Source: Azolla caroliniana
Taxonomy: Eukaryota > Plantae > Polypodiophyta
Length of the DNA: 64,000 nucleotides
Direction: 5' to 3'
Assembly (NCBI GenBank): GCA_043228905.1
Contig: JBHGNT010000016.1
Location: forward strand, 8,804,001 to 8,868,000
Below are positions 24,817 through 37,979 of the stretch, one piece after another. Every line of letters begins with the position of its first letter. Positions within the stretch are counted from its first letter, which is position 1. The translations under genes and the position numbers were made by a program. The notes under the pieces were generated by a model. It saw only the letters and a list, made by a program, of their open reading frames with translations. It made no database searches and was not told the DNA's origin.

Positions 24817-27551
24817 CCAGTGGTTGTGCAGTTGAGCATATTGTATTTACACTACTCTACCTTATGCACCCAAAAGTGGCAGATCAGGCAGTGTGGTCGA
24901 AGAGTACAATCCACGGTCGAGTGGCCAAAATTCGAGCACGTCGTACATTGTAGTGCTTGCCGAAATTGGATTTCTTCGTGTGTCGGCAAGGCGGTTTGGA
25001 GCGAGCTCATAGAAAAAAATGAACTATTTTAAGATCTGTCCAAAGCGAGGACGCAGGTGACCACCTGCTCGATTGTCTGTTGTGAGAAGTCGGTTAGGGC
25101 TAGAGTCGTGCGCAGAGGCTCCTGTAGTGCTATGAGGAATGTGTCTTTGAGATGATTCGTGGACACATCTTGAGCTAGTTGCTGATAAAGATCCTGGAAG
25201 CGGACCGTAAACTGTGAAACCGTCTCATGTGGTTCTTGTGCAATGGCATAGAACTGGCGGAGCAATTCTCGCTTAGGTATCTCGTGATGGAAAAGTTCGA
25301 GGAATAGAGTGCAGACGTCCTGAAACATTGCAAATTCTCCTAGGTTGTGGCGGGAATACCACCGTGCGGCAGGTCCATCGAGGGACAGTGTGAACTCTGC
25401 AATTTTCGACGAGTCAACCTCAGCAACGGTGAGATGCTATGTCAAATGACTAGGTTGCCAAATCAACAGGAAATAGCGGATATGTGATTCAGCGTCAGGG
25501 CCATCCGTGTAACGTGGATATGGATACGGCATATTGTCGAAATATGGATCTTTAGGTAATGTCAGAAAGGGGTTGTATTCCGCTTGGGTGACTTCAGGGG
25601 GACTATGAGGAGAGGCAGGGTTAGAACCTAAATTTTGTTGTCTCCTTCTTGGAGAAAACGCCTTCGATTACTCCCCTAGGTAATCGGGTCAAGGAATAGT
25701 GATTGCGTCAGGGACTACGATAGGTTTGAGTAGGCCGAACAGTTACACGATAACTGGCCACAACCAGCTTTCCGCTTATGAATTAGGAGTAACAGAATCG
25801 AAAGTACAAATTAAGAAGAAACAGATACAGAGATGACCCAAAAAGTATGTGTAATGATTACTACATGTATTAATTACAAAGGCAACACATGTCGACTATC
25901 TTAGTCATGCACTCTCTCTATTCTATCTCATAACCTATGTATATATTCCTCTCTCTTTTCTTCTGCTGCTCCATGATTTATATAGCCTATTCTCTCCTTG
26001 GCGCGCTTCAACTACTCATTCCTAATTCACGGCCTTTATTCCCGGTTGCATGTATTCCGTTCTACCTTCCTCGGCTACCTGTACTCGGCCGATTCCATTT
26101 TTCATACTTGACCTACTTGTCTTTTTAAGATTCGTTTCACACCTCATGCCTTTTTTCCCATGGATAACATCTATCAATCCTTTCCTCAGGCTCCTCCTGG
26201 CGTCTTCCCGTCTTGCTCACGCTCCTCGACCCGTCTGGTCCCACTTTCAACAACCCGTCCCGTTTTGCACACATCAACCCTTCCAGTCGGCTTGTTTGCT
26301 CATAAGGCCCATCTCAACTCCTTCCCTACTATGACTTCGGCGCTTCTCAACCCGTCGGTTCCTCCGTGTCACATCAACTTCCGTTGCCTTCTCGTTTGTT
26401 TGGTATTCAGTAGATTCTGCTCCCCCAAACCGAACACCTCTTCCGAATTGGTTGCCTCCGATTCATTACAACTCTTGTCCAAATTGGTTGTCTTCAATTC
26501 ATCCTCATCCTCCATGCCCTTTACCACATCAGACCATGTCCGAGTCTTGGCCTTCTTCTTTGGGTCAGCTCTGTCCTTCTTGACTCTACCGCCATCGCCG
26601 CTCGTTCCAACTTTTTCGGATGTGCCAACTTCTTCAGTTGACTCAGCTCCCTTTTTTTGCTTGTCTCCGGCTTCTCCGGTGCCGTTACCTATTTTCCCAG
26701 TTTCTGTTTCCTTTTCCTTTCTCCCCCTCAATTGCAGCACGTCGAGATGTTGAAGACCAAGCATCTCCGAAAAGTGTTGCAACTTGTCGGATCTGAATGC
26801 CTTGGTGAAGATGTCAGCAAGTTGCCAATCCGTTCAAACATACCGAAGTTCGACTTCACCGCTAAGGACGCACTTGCGCATGAAGTGATAATGCACCTTG
26901 ATATGCTTATTGCGAGCATGAAACACAGGGTGCTTGGCCAGTTGCATGCTACTGATGTTGTCGTAGTAGATCGGGATTGGAGCTGGTACTTTGATTCGGA
27001 GGTCTTGCAGTAGTGGTCGAAGCCATATGGCTTCACAAGTGGCACCGGTAGCACCTCGGTACTCAGCCTCGGTGCTCCACAAAGCCACTTTTGGCTACTT
27101 CTTGTTGCTCCATGCAACAACCGCACTCCATAGAGAGAACATAAATATTAGAGATATGCCCTAATGTAACCATATGATAAGGATAAAAGATAGATAGATA
27201 AAAAGGAGAGAGAGAGAAAGAAAGAAGGGTGTTGATCCACCCGACCACCCCTGAGCGAAGGGATCGAAATAGACTCGAGCCTCGATCTGACGAGAATATC
27301 TGGAATAGTACTCGGCCACAACCGAGTCTTCAATCACTTAATGATTATCAAACGCACATGAAATGGGAAATGGAAGTAAGTGCACAAACAGAAGAGAATG
27401 CACAGGATGTTAACGTGGAAAACCCTAAATTGGAAAAACCACGAGAGTTCACAAACTCCAACTATCACTATGTAAGGAGAATACAACAGGGAGCACGGAG
27501 GTAACAACCTCATGCTCACACTCTTCGCCTGGCGGCGGTTACAGCAGAGAA

Positions 27552-27651
<100 letters not shown>

Positions 27652-27967
27652 ACGCTCTGTACAACTGTTACAGCAACACTATACAAAACAATGACAACTC
27701 AATAATACACATTGTTATGTTTGCCCTAGGTCATATTTATACTAATATGACATTAGGACTATTTACAGATATAGCTTCAATGGACTCACAGAAACATATT
27801 TCCATATATGTCCCTTCATCCGGTGAGAGCTTCTCACCGGGCCTGCATCATCCAGTTCTCACCGGGTCTTCCTTGCCCGGTACTCAACATCCGGTTCTCA
27901 CCGGGTCTTCCTTGTCGGGTACTCAACATCCCATCCGGAAGGACCGAAGTCCTAACAAACTCCCCCT

Positions 27968-30900
27968 TCACTCCGACATGGGATGCCTCGTTAGTCCAAT
28001 CCGCTTCCGGCATGCGTCCAACTTGTCGGGCGTCAGCACCTTAGTCAGCATATCTGACCCATTCTCCTCCGTGTGGATCTTCGTTAGCACAAACTCTCGA
28101 TCTTCCACTCGTTCCCGGATCCAGTGGTACCTCTGTTGGATGTGCTTCGTCCTAGAATGATACGTCGCGTTCTTCGCAAGGTGGAAGGCACTTTGACTGT
28201 CGCAATAGAGCCGGTATTCCTCTTGTCGGATCCCTAGCTCTTCGATGAAGTCCTTCACCCATAGTATTTCCTTGCGGGCTTCCATGGCTGCCATGTACTC
28301 CGCCTCCGTGGTTGACAACACAACCGTCTTCTGCAACCTCGATTGCCACGAAACAGCTGCCCCTGCATATGTCATAACATATCCCGATGTTGACTGGCTA
28401 GTATTCGCATCAGCCAACATATTTAAATCGATGAAACCGTCCAGTTGGGGTTTACCGGAGCCGAATCGGAGACACATACTTGAGGTGCCTTTCAAGTACC
28501 GGAGTATCCATTTTACCGCATTCCAGTGCTCCTTGCCGGGATTTCTCATAAACCAGCTCACCACTCTGACTGCGTATCCGATATCCGGTTGGGTACACAC
28601 CATTGCGTACATTAAGCTCCTGACGGCAGAGGCATATGGAATCTTCATCATATCCGCCTTCTCTGCCTTTGTCTTCGGGTTTTGCTTACCGGATAGCTTG
28701 CAATTTACCGGAAGTGTCGATCCGACCGGTTTCGCGTTTGACATGTTGAACCGTTGAAGCACCTTTGTCACGTACTTCTCCTGTGACAGCCACAATTGCT
28801 TCTTTGACCAGTCCCAGATGATATGCATCCCCAATATTTGTCTTGCCGAACCCAAGTCTTTCATTGAGAAGGTCTAATGAAGGGCCTTCTTCAACATCCG
28901 TATCTTGACTTGGTCTCGTTCGACGATCAACATGTCGTCCACATACATGAGGAGTATCAGGAAGTCTCCACCTTCAAACTTCTTCACAAACACGCAGTGA
29001 TCGGCCTGCATCTTGTGGTATCCTTGATCCGTCATGAAGGAGTCGAACTTCCGGCACCATTGTCGGGGAGCCTGCTTCAACCCGTAAAGGCTCTTCTTCA
29101 ACCAGAAAACCAGGTGCTCCTTCCCTTTCTTCACAAATCCCTCCGGTTGCTGCATGTAGATCTCCTCTTCGAGATCGTCGTGGAGGAACATCGTCTTCAC
29201 GTCTAACTGCTCTCCCTCGAGGTCCATGCTTGCTGCCATACACAGCACCGTCCGGATGGAAGTCATCTTTACTACCGGGGCAAATATCTCATTGAAGTCC
29301 ACTCCCTTCTTCTGTTGGAACCCCTTCACCACGATCCTGGCTTTGTACCTTAGGGGGTTGTCGGCATCTCCCGATTTCAACTTGTACACCCACTTATTCC
29401 GGAGTGCCCGCTTTCCTTTCCGAAACTCCACCAATTCATATGTGTGGTTCTCATGCATAGAATCCATCTTGTCCTACATGGCACTCAACCACTTGTGGTT
29501 GTGGGTGTCCTCCTTTGCTTCTTCGAAGCTTTCCGGCTCCCCCTCATCGGTTAGCACCACGCGCTCTGCATTCGGAAATCTCCGGGGGGGGGGGCCTTCT
29601 CTCTCAGAGAGGATATCTCCGTCTTTGGCTTTCAGCAACTGACTCCTCTATTTGTTCTTCATCCAAATCCGATTTGGGGTCTTGGCCGGTTCTGGTTTTA
29701 GGTTCCTTTTCTTCTTCTGCCGGTTCGGTTTCCTCTCCGTAACCGGCCAGTTCTTCGAGTGTCAACCGGCTCTTAGCCGGGTAGGTCCAAATCTCATCGA
29801 ATTGATCCTTACCGGTTGACTCGTAGTTCATTATCTTCTTCTCCGACTCCTAGTCGGCAAGGGTCTTGTCCTCCACGAAGATAATATCTCAACTCCGGAA
29901 AACCTTCTTGTCGACCGGATCCCACACTTGGTAGTCAAACTCATCATCGCCGTATCCGAGGAATATGCAAGCCCGGGACTTTGGATCCAACTTTGCTCTC
30001 CGGTCCTTTGCAACATGCACGTAAGCGAGACCCCCGAACACCTTCAAATGCCGGTAAGACACTTCCTTACCGGTCCACACTCTCTACGGCGTGTCTCCGT
30101 CCAAGGGCACTGAGGGTGATCTGTTTATCACGTACGTCGTTGTCGCCAGTGCCTCAGCCCAAAACATCTTGGGTAACCTTGCATGTGCCAGCATACTCCG
30201 AACCCTCTCCATTATGGTCTGGTTCATCCTCTCAGCCAGCCCGTTTAGTTCCGGCGTCTTCGGCACGGTAAATTCGAGCCGGATTCCCTTCGAGCGGCAG
30301 TACTCCTCAAATTGCCCCCGGTATTCACCTCCGTTATCTGCTCGTACCGCCTTCAACTTCCGGCCGGTTTCTCTTTCCACTCTCGCATGAAGCTCCTTGA
30401 AGACGGATAACACTTGGTCCTTCGTCTTCAACGGTGTGGCCCACAGCTTACGGCTGTGGTCATCTATGAATATCACGAAGTACTGCGATCCGGCATGTGA
30501 CTTTGTGTCCACTTGACACACATCGGTATGCACTAGTTCCAGTGGTGCATTACGTCTCATCGGTGGCCTTGAGCGGAAGGAGGTCCGGTTTTGCTTACCG
30601 GCCAGGCAGTCGGTGCACTTCTCAAGATGCACGTCTTTCACCGGAATGAGGTTGTCATCGGCAAGCCTCCTCATCCCCTTCTCGCTCATGTGACACAGTC
30701 TCTTGTGCCACAGCTCACCGGCAGTGTCGGAAGCCACGTTCACTTCTTCCGGGCATAACCGGGCATTCATCAGGTATAGTTTGTTGACTTTCCGGGCCCA
30801 AGCCACTATTAGGCTACCTTTGCAGAACTTCATAACACCGTTCCGGATGCTACCCGTGTAGCCTTCATCGTCTAGCCTACCTTCTGATATTAGGTTCAGT

Positions 30901-32015
30901 CGAACCTCCGGAACGTGTCGGACATCCTTCAGCAGCAACTTGCATCCGGTTGGTGTTGTCAACCACACGTCTCCTATGCCGACAATTCGGCATGTACCTT
31001 CATTCCTCATCCGGACACAGTCGTGCTCACCGGTTGTGTAGGATGAGAAGCATTTCCAGTCCGGGGTCAGGTGGAATGACGCTCCGAAATCAACAACCCA
31101 CATTGTCTCGTTGCCGGCAAGGTTCAACTCACTCTCCTCGATGATGAGCATCAACTCCTCTTCACTTGCCATGATTGCCGTTGTTCCCTTCCGGTTCGGT
31201 CCCCTCCGGTCTTTACCGTTCCAGTCCGGTGACCGCTTCGAATCGGTACTGTCGATTTCCTTGTCTTTCCGGAAATGCCTATAGTTCTTCTAGAAGTGCC
31301 CCGGCTTCCCACAGTAGAAGCAAGTGGGCTTTTCCCTTGACTTTGACCGTGTCCTCGACTTTTCCCGGTTCTAGGGACTCTGGTTCCTTTGTCTTCCGTG
31401 TTCCGATTCGGTAAGGAGCGCTTTGGAGTCGGAGCTCGTATCCTTGTCTTTCTGACGCGCCTCCTCATCTAGCAAGCTCGACTTGAATCTTGCTAGGGAT
31501 AACTGTTTTCCTTCTGGCCCAACGTTGCCCAAAGTGACAACTAACGTCTCCCAGCTATCTGGGAGGGAACCGAGCAGGAGCAATGCTAGTACCTCATCGG
31601 TGAGAGGTACTTCCGCTGATGTTGGCTGGTGAATCAACCCCTAGAAGGCATTCATGTGCTCCACCATACTGGAGCCATCTTGGTACCGGAGCCTCACTAG
31701 CTTCCGAAATACCGAAACCCGATTTACAGCATTTTTGTTCTGAAACATAATGTCGATCTTCTCTCAGAGCTCATGAGCCTTACTCTCCTCGTTGAAGTTG
31801 TTGTACAGGCTCATGTCGATGAAATACTGGATGTATGTTATTGTCTTCATGTGCATCACCTCCCACACTGTGGCGTCGATCTTGTCCGGTCTCTTGTCCC
31901 TGAACTGAACCGGCAACCAAAGATCTTTGACCACGAGCATGTCCCTCATCTTCGACTTCCACACTAAGTAGTTGGAGCCGGTGAGCTTGAACATGCCTCC
32001 CAACGAATCTTCCAT
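27968..32015 (-). pseudogene. Copia gag-pol of C1, disrupted
   Basis: KLTGSNYLVWK (gag), WVVDFGASFH (PR), LWHKRLCH/LVHTDV/NGLAER (IN), YKARIVVKG/YVDDM (RT), STTEAEY/KHI/DMLTK (RNase H). Confidence 0.93.
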
Positions 32016-32307
32016 TTTTCTGTGTCGTTCACTCTGATACCAGTTTGATGAGAATATGCGGAATAGTACTCGGCCACAACCGAGTCTGCAATCACTTAAT
32101 GATTATCAAACGCACATGAAATGGGAAATGGAAGTAAATGCACAAACAGAAGAGAATGCACAGGATATTAACGTGGAAAACCCTAAATGGGAAAAACCAC
32201 GGGAGTTCACAAACTCCAACTATCACTATGTAAGGAGAATACAACAGGGAGCACGGAGGTAACAACCTCATGCTCACACTCTTCGCCTAGTGGCGGTTAC
32301 AGCAGAG

Positions 32308-32355
<48 letters not shown>

Positions 32356-34109
32356 ACGCTCTGTACAGCAGTTACAACAACACTATACAAAACAATGACA
32401 ACTCAATAATACACACTGTTATGTTTGCCCTAGGTCATATTTATACTAATATGACATTAGGACTATTTACAGATATAGCCTCAATGGGCTCTCAGAAACA
32501 TATTTCCATATATGTCCCTTCATCCGGTGAGAGCTTCTCATCGGGCCTGCATCATCCGGTTCTCACCGGGTCTTCCTTGCCGGGTATTCAACATCCGGTT
32601 CTCATCGCGTCTTCCTTGTCGGGTACTCAACATCCCATCCGGAGGGACTGAAGTCCTAACACGATCGGCATCCCATACCACCGCCGTGGCGTCGAGCTGT
32701 ACCTGGTGCTAGCGCGCTCGCTACAAGAATTGACCCACCACAAAACAGAGTCTCAACATAGTCAAGATATGATGAAATGAGGGTAGCTAGGCCTCTGATT
32801 TATAGCAATACCCAAGGCCCCCATGCAAGTTCACACTTGGCCTAATGGGTTGTCTCAATCCTAAGGATTAAAAGTAATCCTCCCCTTCTTTACACTCTCG
32901 TTTAACCCTCACACTTATCCATGTGTATAGAATACTACGGTAAATTCTCACCACAGGATATTGTATGGTCATGCCCGTAACATTGTCCACTTGGCCTTCA
33001 ACAGATCTAGCTCCTCCAAACTCCAAAATTGGGAGATAACGTTCCCATTTTGTTGGTTTTGCACCAACGTATGCTCGAAGCATGTCCTCAATAATTTGAT
33101 TTACTCGTTCTGTTTGTCCATCGGATTGAGGACGATCCATGGAGCTCATGCTCAATGTAGTTTCTAATTTCTTAAAGACTTGCGTCCAGAAGTCACTAGT
33201 AAACTTTAGATCTCGATCACTCACGATATCCATCGATAACCCATAAAAACGAAATAATTCGTCAACGAATTGGTAAGCCAATTCAAGATGGCATACAGAT
33301 GGCCTTTTTGGGAGCGAGGACGACTAATAATAAAATCCATGGATATACTTTCCCACTTATTATTGGGAATGTCCAAGGGATGTAAAAGTCTTGCGGCTTT
33401 AAATCACTCGGCTTTGTTAACCTAACATTGGTGACATTTAACATATTTATGTGTATAAGTCATATGCGAGGCATTGCCCATATATGTTTTTTGAAACGAA
33501 ACATATATGTCAAGAGTCCTTATTTCCCTCTTGTTTACCACAAACTATGTTCGTACATTACCTAACCTCAAGTCTCATAATTACAATAGCATACGCCAAA
33601 GTGCAACCTAATGGTCAAGCCAAATGAGCCCTCTTTTCGTAGTAGGCCCACGTGGCCCATCACATGGTTACGTCATTACGAATGCCATTCGTAAGAATGA
33701 TCTCATGGTGGCATCGTATCCATGTAATGAGGGAGGGATGTTGAATATGTGTGTCATAGGAGCGACTCACGTGAAGTGGGTCAAGCCCTACCTTCTTACA
33801 ATCATTGTGGCTATGATCATTTTGTTACGTAACGAAATCGAAGTGACCAACGGGGATTTAAACAAAAAAGATTGTTGAAAAAAGGATGGTGACTACACCA
33901 TTCTCACAAAAATGTGAGGAAGGCCACCAAGATCCTTTCCCCGAAAAGGATAACATTCAATATCGAAATTACGTTATAACTGACATACACATATGTATAT
34001 TTATCACATACATATGATCAAATAGATATACATGTGACCACATATGTGTATATTAAAAAAAATCGTAACATAAAATAGCCAACATTGGATGAAATCGAAA
34101 TACGTAATC

Positions 34110-34354
34110 GAGGCATATAGCCTCTACACACACGAAACATCCAAAAATAAGGGTTAATCATAATACGCAATTAAGGTATTGACCTCTTATGCATACAGCA
34201 CCAAACACATATCATTTACTTAGAAATCGAGGTATTGACCTCATACATATACGTAACATATGTATGTGAACGTAATACGCAATTGAGGTATTAACCTCGT
34301 ACGTATACAACACGAATCACATATCAAATATATGTCAAATGAGGTATTGACCTC
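34110..34354. repeat. Array of five GAGGTATTGACCTC-like mini-hairpin motifs with about 56-bp period
   Basis: Motif starts at 34110, 34173, 34229, 34285 and 34341. Confidence 0.8.
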
Positions 34355-34845
34355 ATACACATATGTAAACGTTTTATACAACCAATTAATTATCACTACA
34401 ACATCATTGAATCAATGAAAGAAAACACATATTGACTATACATGATTAGATTGGGAGAGAGACAAAGAAGGGAGTCGATCCACCCGACCATCCCCGAGCA
34501 AAGGGATCGAGACGGACTCGAGCCTTAATCGACGTCCCATACCATCGTCGTGGCGTCGAGCCGTACCTAGTGTTGGCGCGCTCACTACAAGAGTTGACCC
34601 ACCACGAAACAGAGTCTCGACATAGTCAAGGGATGATGAAAAGAGGGTATTTAAGCCTCATATTTATAGCAAGACCCAAGTCCCCATGCAAGTTCACACT
34701 TGGCCTAATGGGTTGTCTCAATCCTGAGGATTAAAAGCAATCCTCCCCTTCTTTACACTCTTGTTTAACCCTCACACTTATCCACGTGTAAAGAATACTA
34801 CGGTAAATTCTCACCCGTGGATATTATATGGTCATGCCCGTAACA

Positions 34846-37800
34846 CCCTGCTAAGGGTGCATCATGGCATTCAAAAAGAATTCTCTTTTTGACCTCAGGC
34901 AAATCTAGAACATAGACCTTTCCATTACAGTAGAGCAGACCGTTAGCAATGTGGAAGGATTCCTTCGAGGATGTGGTGGTGTCAGTTCCAGACTCAACTC
35001 TTGCCCAGTATTTCACAAAATAATTGTCATTAGGATACTTTCCTCAAAGGTGATCATAAAGATCTGATGTTATTTCAATGAAGTTAAGCATGTTAACTTC
35101 ACGGATGCAACTTAGTGCATCAACGACAATGTTCATGGAACCTTTACGATATCGTATGGAAAAATCAAAGTCTTGGATGAGATCAACCCATCGTGCCTTG
35201 CGACCTTTCAGGTCTTGTTGGTTACAAAAATATTTCAAGGACTCGTGGTTCGTAGTTACCACAAAACTGCATAAAGATTTCCATAAAGATAATGGCGCCA
35301 TGTATAACTGCAAATAACTCCTTTTCTTGAACGGTATACCGACATGAGCAGAATCAAGTTTCTTACTCTCGAATGTTATTGGTTTACCATCTTGATATAA
35401 GACAGCACCTATAGGATAGTCGCTTGCATCGGTTTCAACCTCAAAAGGTTTTGAAGGATCAGGTAAAAGAAGCGAAGGAGCCTTGCACACCAGGTCCTTG
35501 AGTTCCTTAAAGGCGGGGTCTAGTGTAGCATTCCACACAATAGGTTTTGTACACTTGTGCATTTGACCTTTTAGAAGATCAGTAAATGGTGTCATCAATT
35601 GGGAGTAGTTACAAAGGGATTTTCGCAAAAACCCGACAAAACCAAGGAATGATCGAACTTCTCGAATATTCCGAAGAGTGGGCCAAAGTTTGATTTTCTC
35701 GATGCGAGAAGGATCAATTTCAACTCCTCATTCGGTTATGAGATGTTCAAGATAAGTAATTGATTTCTTGAAGGACTCGCATTTTGAGATCTTCACGTAA
35801 AACTGTTTGTCACACAATGTTTGTAAAACAAAGCGGACATGTTTAGCATGTTCTTCTAATGTATGACTATAAACTAGAATATCATCCAGAAAAATAACGA
35901 CAAATTTTCCAAGTTGTTCTCGGAAAATGTCACTCATTTCTTGTTGAAATGTGACCGGAGCATTGGTCAAACCAAAAGGCATAACCAAAAACTCATAATG
36001 GCCATAGCACGTACGAAATGTCGTTTTAGGAACATCGTCCTCACTTATACGAATTTGATGATAGCCCATACGGAGATCAAGTTTCGTAAAATATTGAGCT
36101 CCCTGGAGACGGTCAATTAGATCATCAACCCGGGGCAATGGATATGAATTCTTGATCGTCACTTTATTCAAGCATCGGCAATTAATACACATACGCCATG
36201 TGCCCTCTTTCTTTTTTACCAAGAGAACGTGTGCACCCCATGGAGATTTACTATAACGTATATAACCCATTCGTAAACAATCCTTGAGTTGCTTAGATAC
36301 CTCATCCTCTTCGGATCGACTTAAGCGATAAGGAGGTATACTTATTGGTGCAACGCCCGGTACAATATCTATATGATTGTCTATATTACGTTTAGGAGGT
36401 AACCCATGTGGTAGTTCACTCGGAAAAACATCACGAAAATCATTTAAGATTTCATCGAGTTGTTGTTGTTCAAAATATGATAATTGAACCGAGAGATTAT
36501 CAATATGGTAAACGTAAATGTCCGGATCAAGTACACAATAAAATAAAGTAGAACAAGACAACTCGGATATTGATGGAGAGGAAACAATCGAAAGAGATTG
36601 TTTTTTAACACATTGAATAAAATGAGTACAATCGTTTAGTACAAAGGAAATGGAATGACGAACCCAATCAATAGACAAAGAAGGGATAACCCAGTATTAC
36701 ATCAGTGGTACAAAGATTCATTACATGGAAGTCTACTTCCTCTACATAAGTATCAATAGAAATTCCTAATGAATGAATCGCCCCGTTGATGTATTGTACT
36801 CTTCCATCAGCCAAGTGCACCCTATAGGTGTGATCACTTACGGTGGGTTGGATTCCCCATATCTGAACCAAACGATCATTCACAAAATTGTGTGAGCTTC
36901 CCGAATGAAATAAAAATTGTATGGGAGATTCATTGACATACACGTTTGCACGTAGTAAATCATTGGGTTCCAATACATAGTGAGGGAAAGAACATTGACA
37001 ATTACTTAAATGATGTGTAAAGACCTCAAGGACATAACGAATCTGATCTTTATGGTCTGCAACTTTTGCTTTGTTGTCGTGCTCTTTCCGTTGGAGGTTT
37101 CGACATTGTTCTTTTGTATGACCCTTCTTTTTGCAGAATACGCAAAAAGGATATTGTCACTTACAAACGTGATCCATGAATTCGTTGGGTGTCTTGCGTT
37201 TCCCAGCGAATTGTGACTACTTAGTCCCAGGCGCTTCGTTGGGTTTGTAATGGTCCTTCTTCAAAGTGCATTGATAGCGAAGAACTATTTCAACGACCTC
37301 TTCGAAGGATTTTGGATCCTTATTGTGCGTTATCCAGTGATAGTCCGAATTGGGGATGCCATTGACAAAACAAGCTATTAACCAATTGTCCCCTTCTAGA
37401 CCCGATTTTTGGATTTGGGTTCTAACATGGTGGACATAGTCTTCTAGCGAGGAAAACTTCCTGGTAGAGAGGTTCATTAAAGCTTGTGTTGCCTCGGTTC
37501 GAGAGGGAGGTTGTAGAAATTGGCCCTTAAAAACTATGACAAAATCTGTCCAGGTATCAGGCAATTTCCCCAAAGTTCGGAGCCCACGCCACCAGGCAGC
37601 AGCCTTACCCCCTAGTTCTCGGCCGACATATGCAATCTCGTACTATCTGGCGTGGGATAGAGCTCAAAATGCAACTCCCATCGGTCCAACCACGTGCAGA
37701 TTGCTTCTTCGGTTCTTTCCTTTTTTCTCCCGTAAATGGCTTCATGACAAATGATGGTTCACCCTGACACTCATCGGGTCTATTAGTCTCATGTTGTAAA

Positions 37801-37979
37801 CTAATGACACGTGCCTCGAGAGCACTTTGAGATTGCTGACGTTCGAACATTTGATGAGCAATTGAACTAAGGAAATTTTGTATTTGTAAGAAATACGACT
37901 CGATGGAGATTGCTCCAGGAGGATTTCCTTGAGTTCCTTCCACTTGAGCGGATGACATCGGGTCGTTATTTTGAACCAT
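34846..37979 (-). pseudogene. gag-PR-RT-RNase H of G4, disrupted
   Basis: ORFs 37605-37979, 37217-37573, 36668-36973, 35728-36678 and 35044-35628 are near-identical to G3 proteins. Confidence 0.92.

Larger units (their letters stand above)
8152..25700 (-). mobile_element. Old non-chromovirus Ty3/Gypsy element (Athila/Tat-like), host H, split by G2 and G3; LTRs not resolved
   Basis: gag 25029-25328 plus knuckles CTTCSNFGHSTVDC and CLICHFWVHKVE*C (about 24850-24955); protease IIDGGSGVNII (about 17790-17825); RT frame FPLPFTDGVL|DFVAGHEHYSFSDGFRGYNQI rejoins across the G2 insertion; IN core about 10400-11100. RNase H appears deleted near 11100. Confidence 0.8.

Noticed and set aside
25779-26029. 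TGAATTAGGA..TCCTAATTCA segment as the 3' LTR of C2 or a solo LTR
   Set aside because: No TSD, no adjacent clear PPT or PBS, and no visible match to the sequence after 42823; left unassigned.
34110-34354. CRISPR-like array (palindromic repeat with regular spacing)
   Set aside because: The repeat is only 14 bp, the spacers are related to each other, there are no cas genes, and the context is a eukaryotic retrotransposon.
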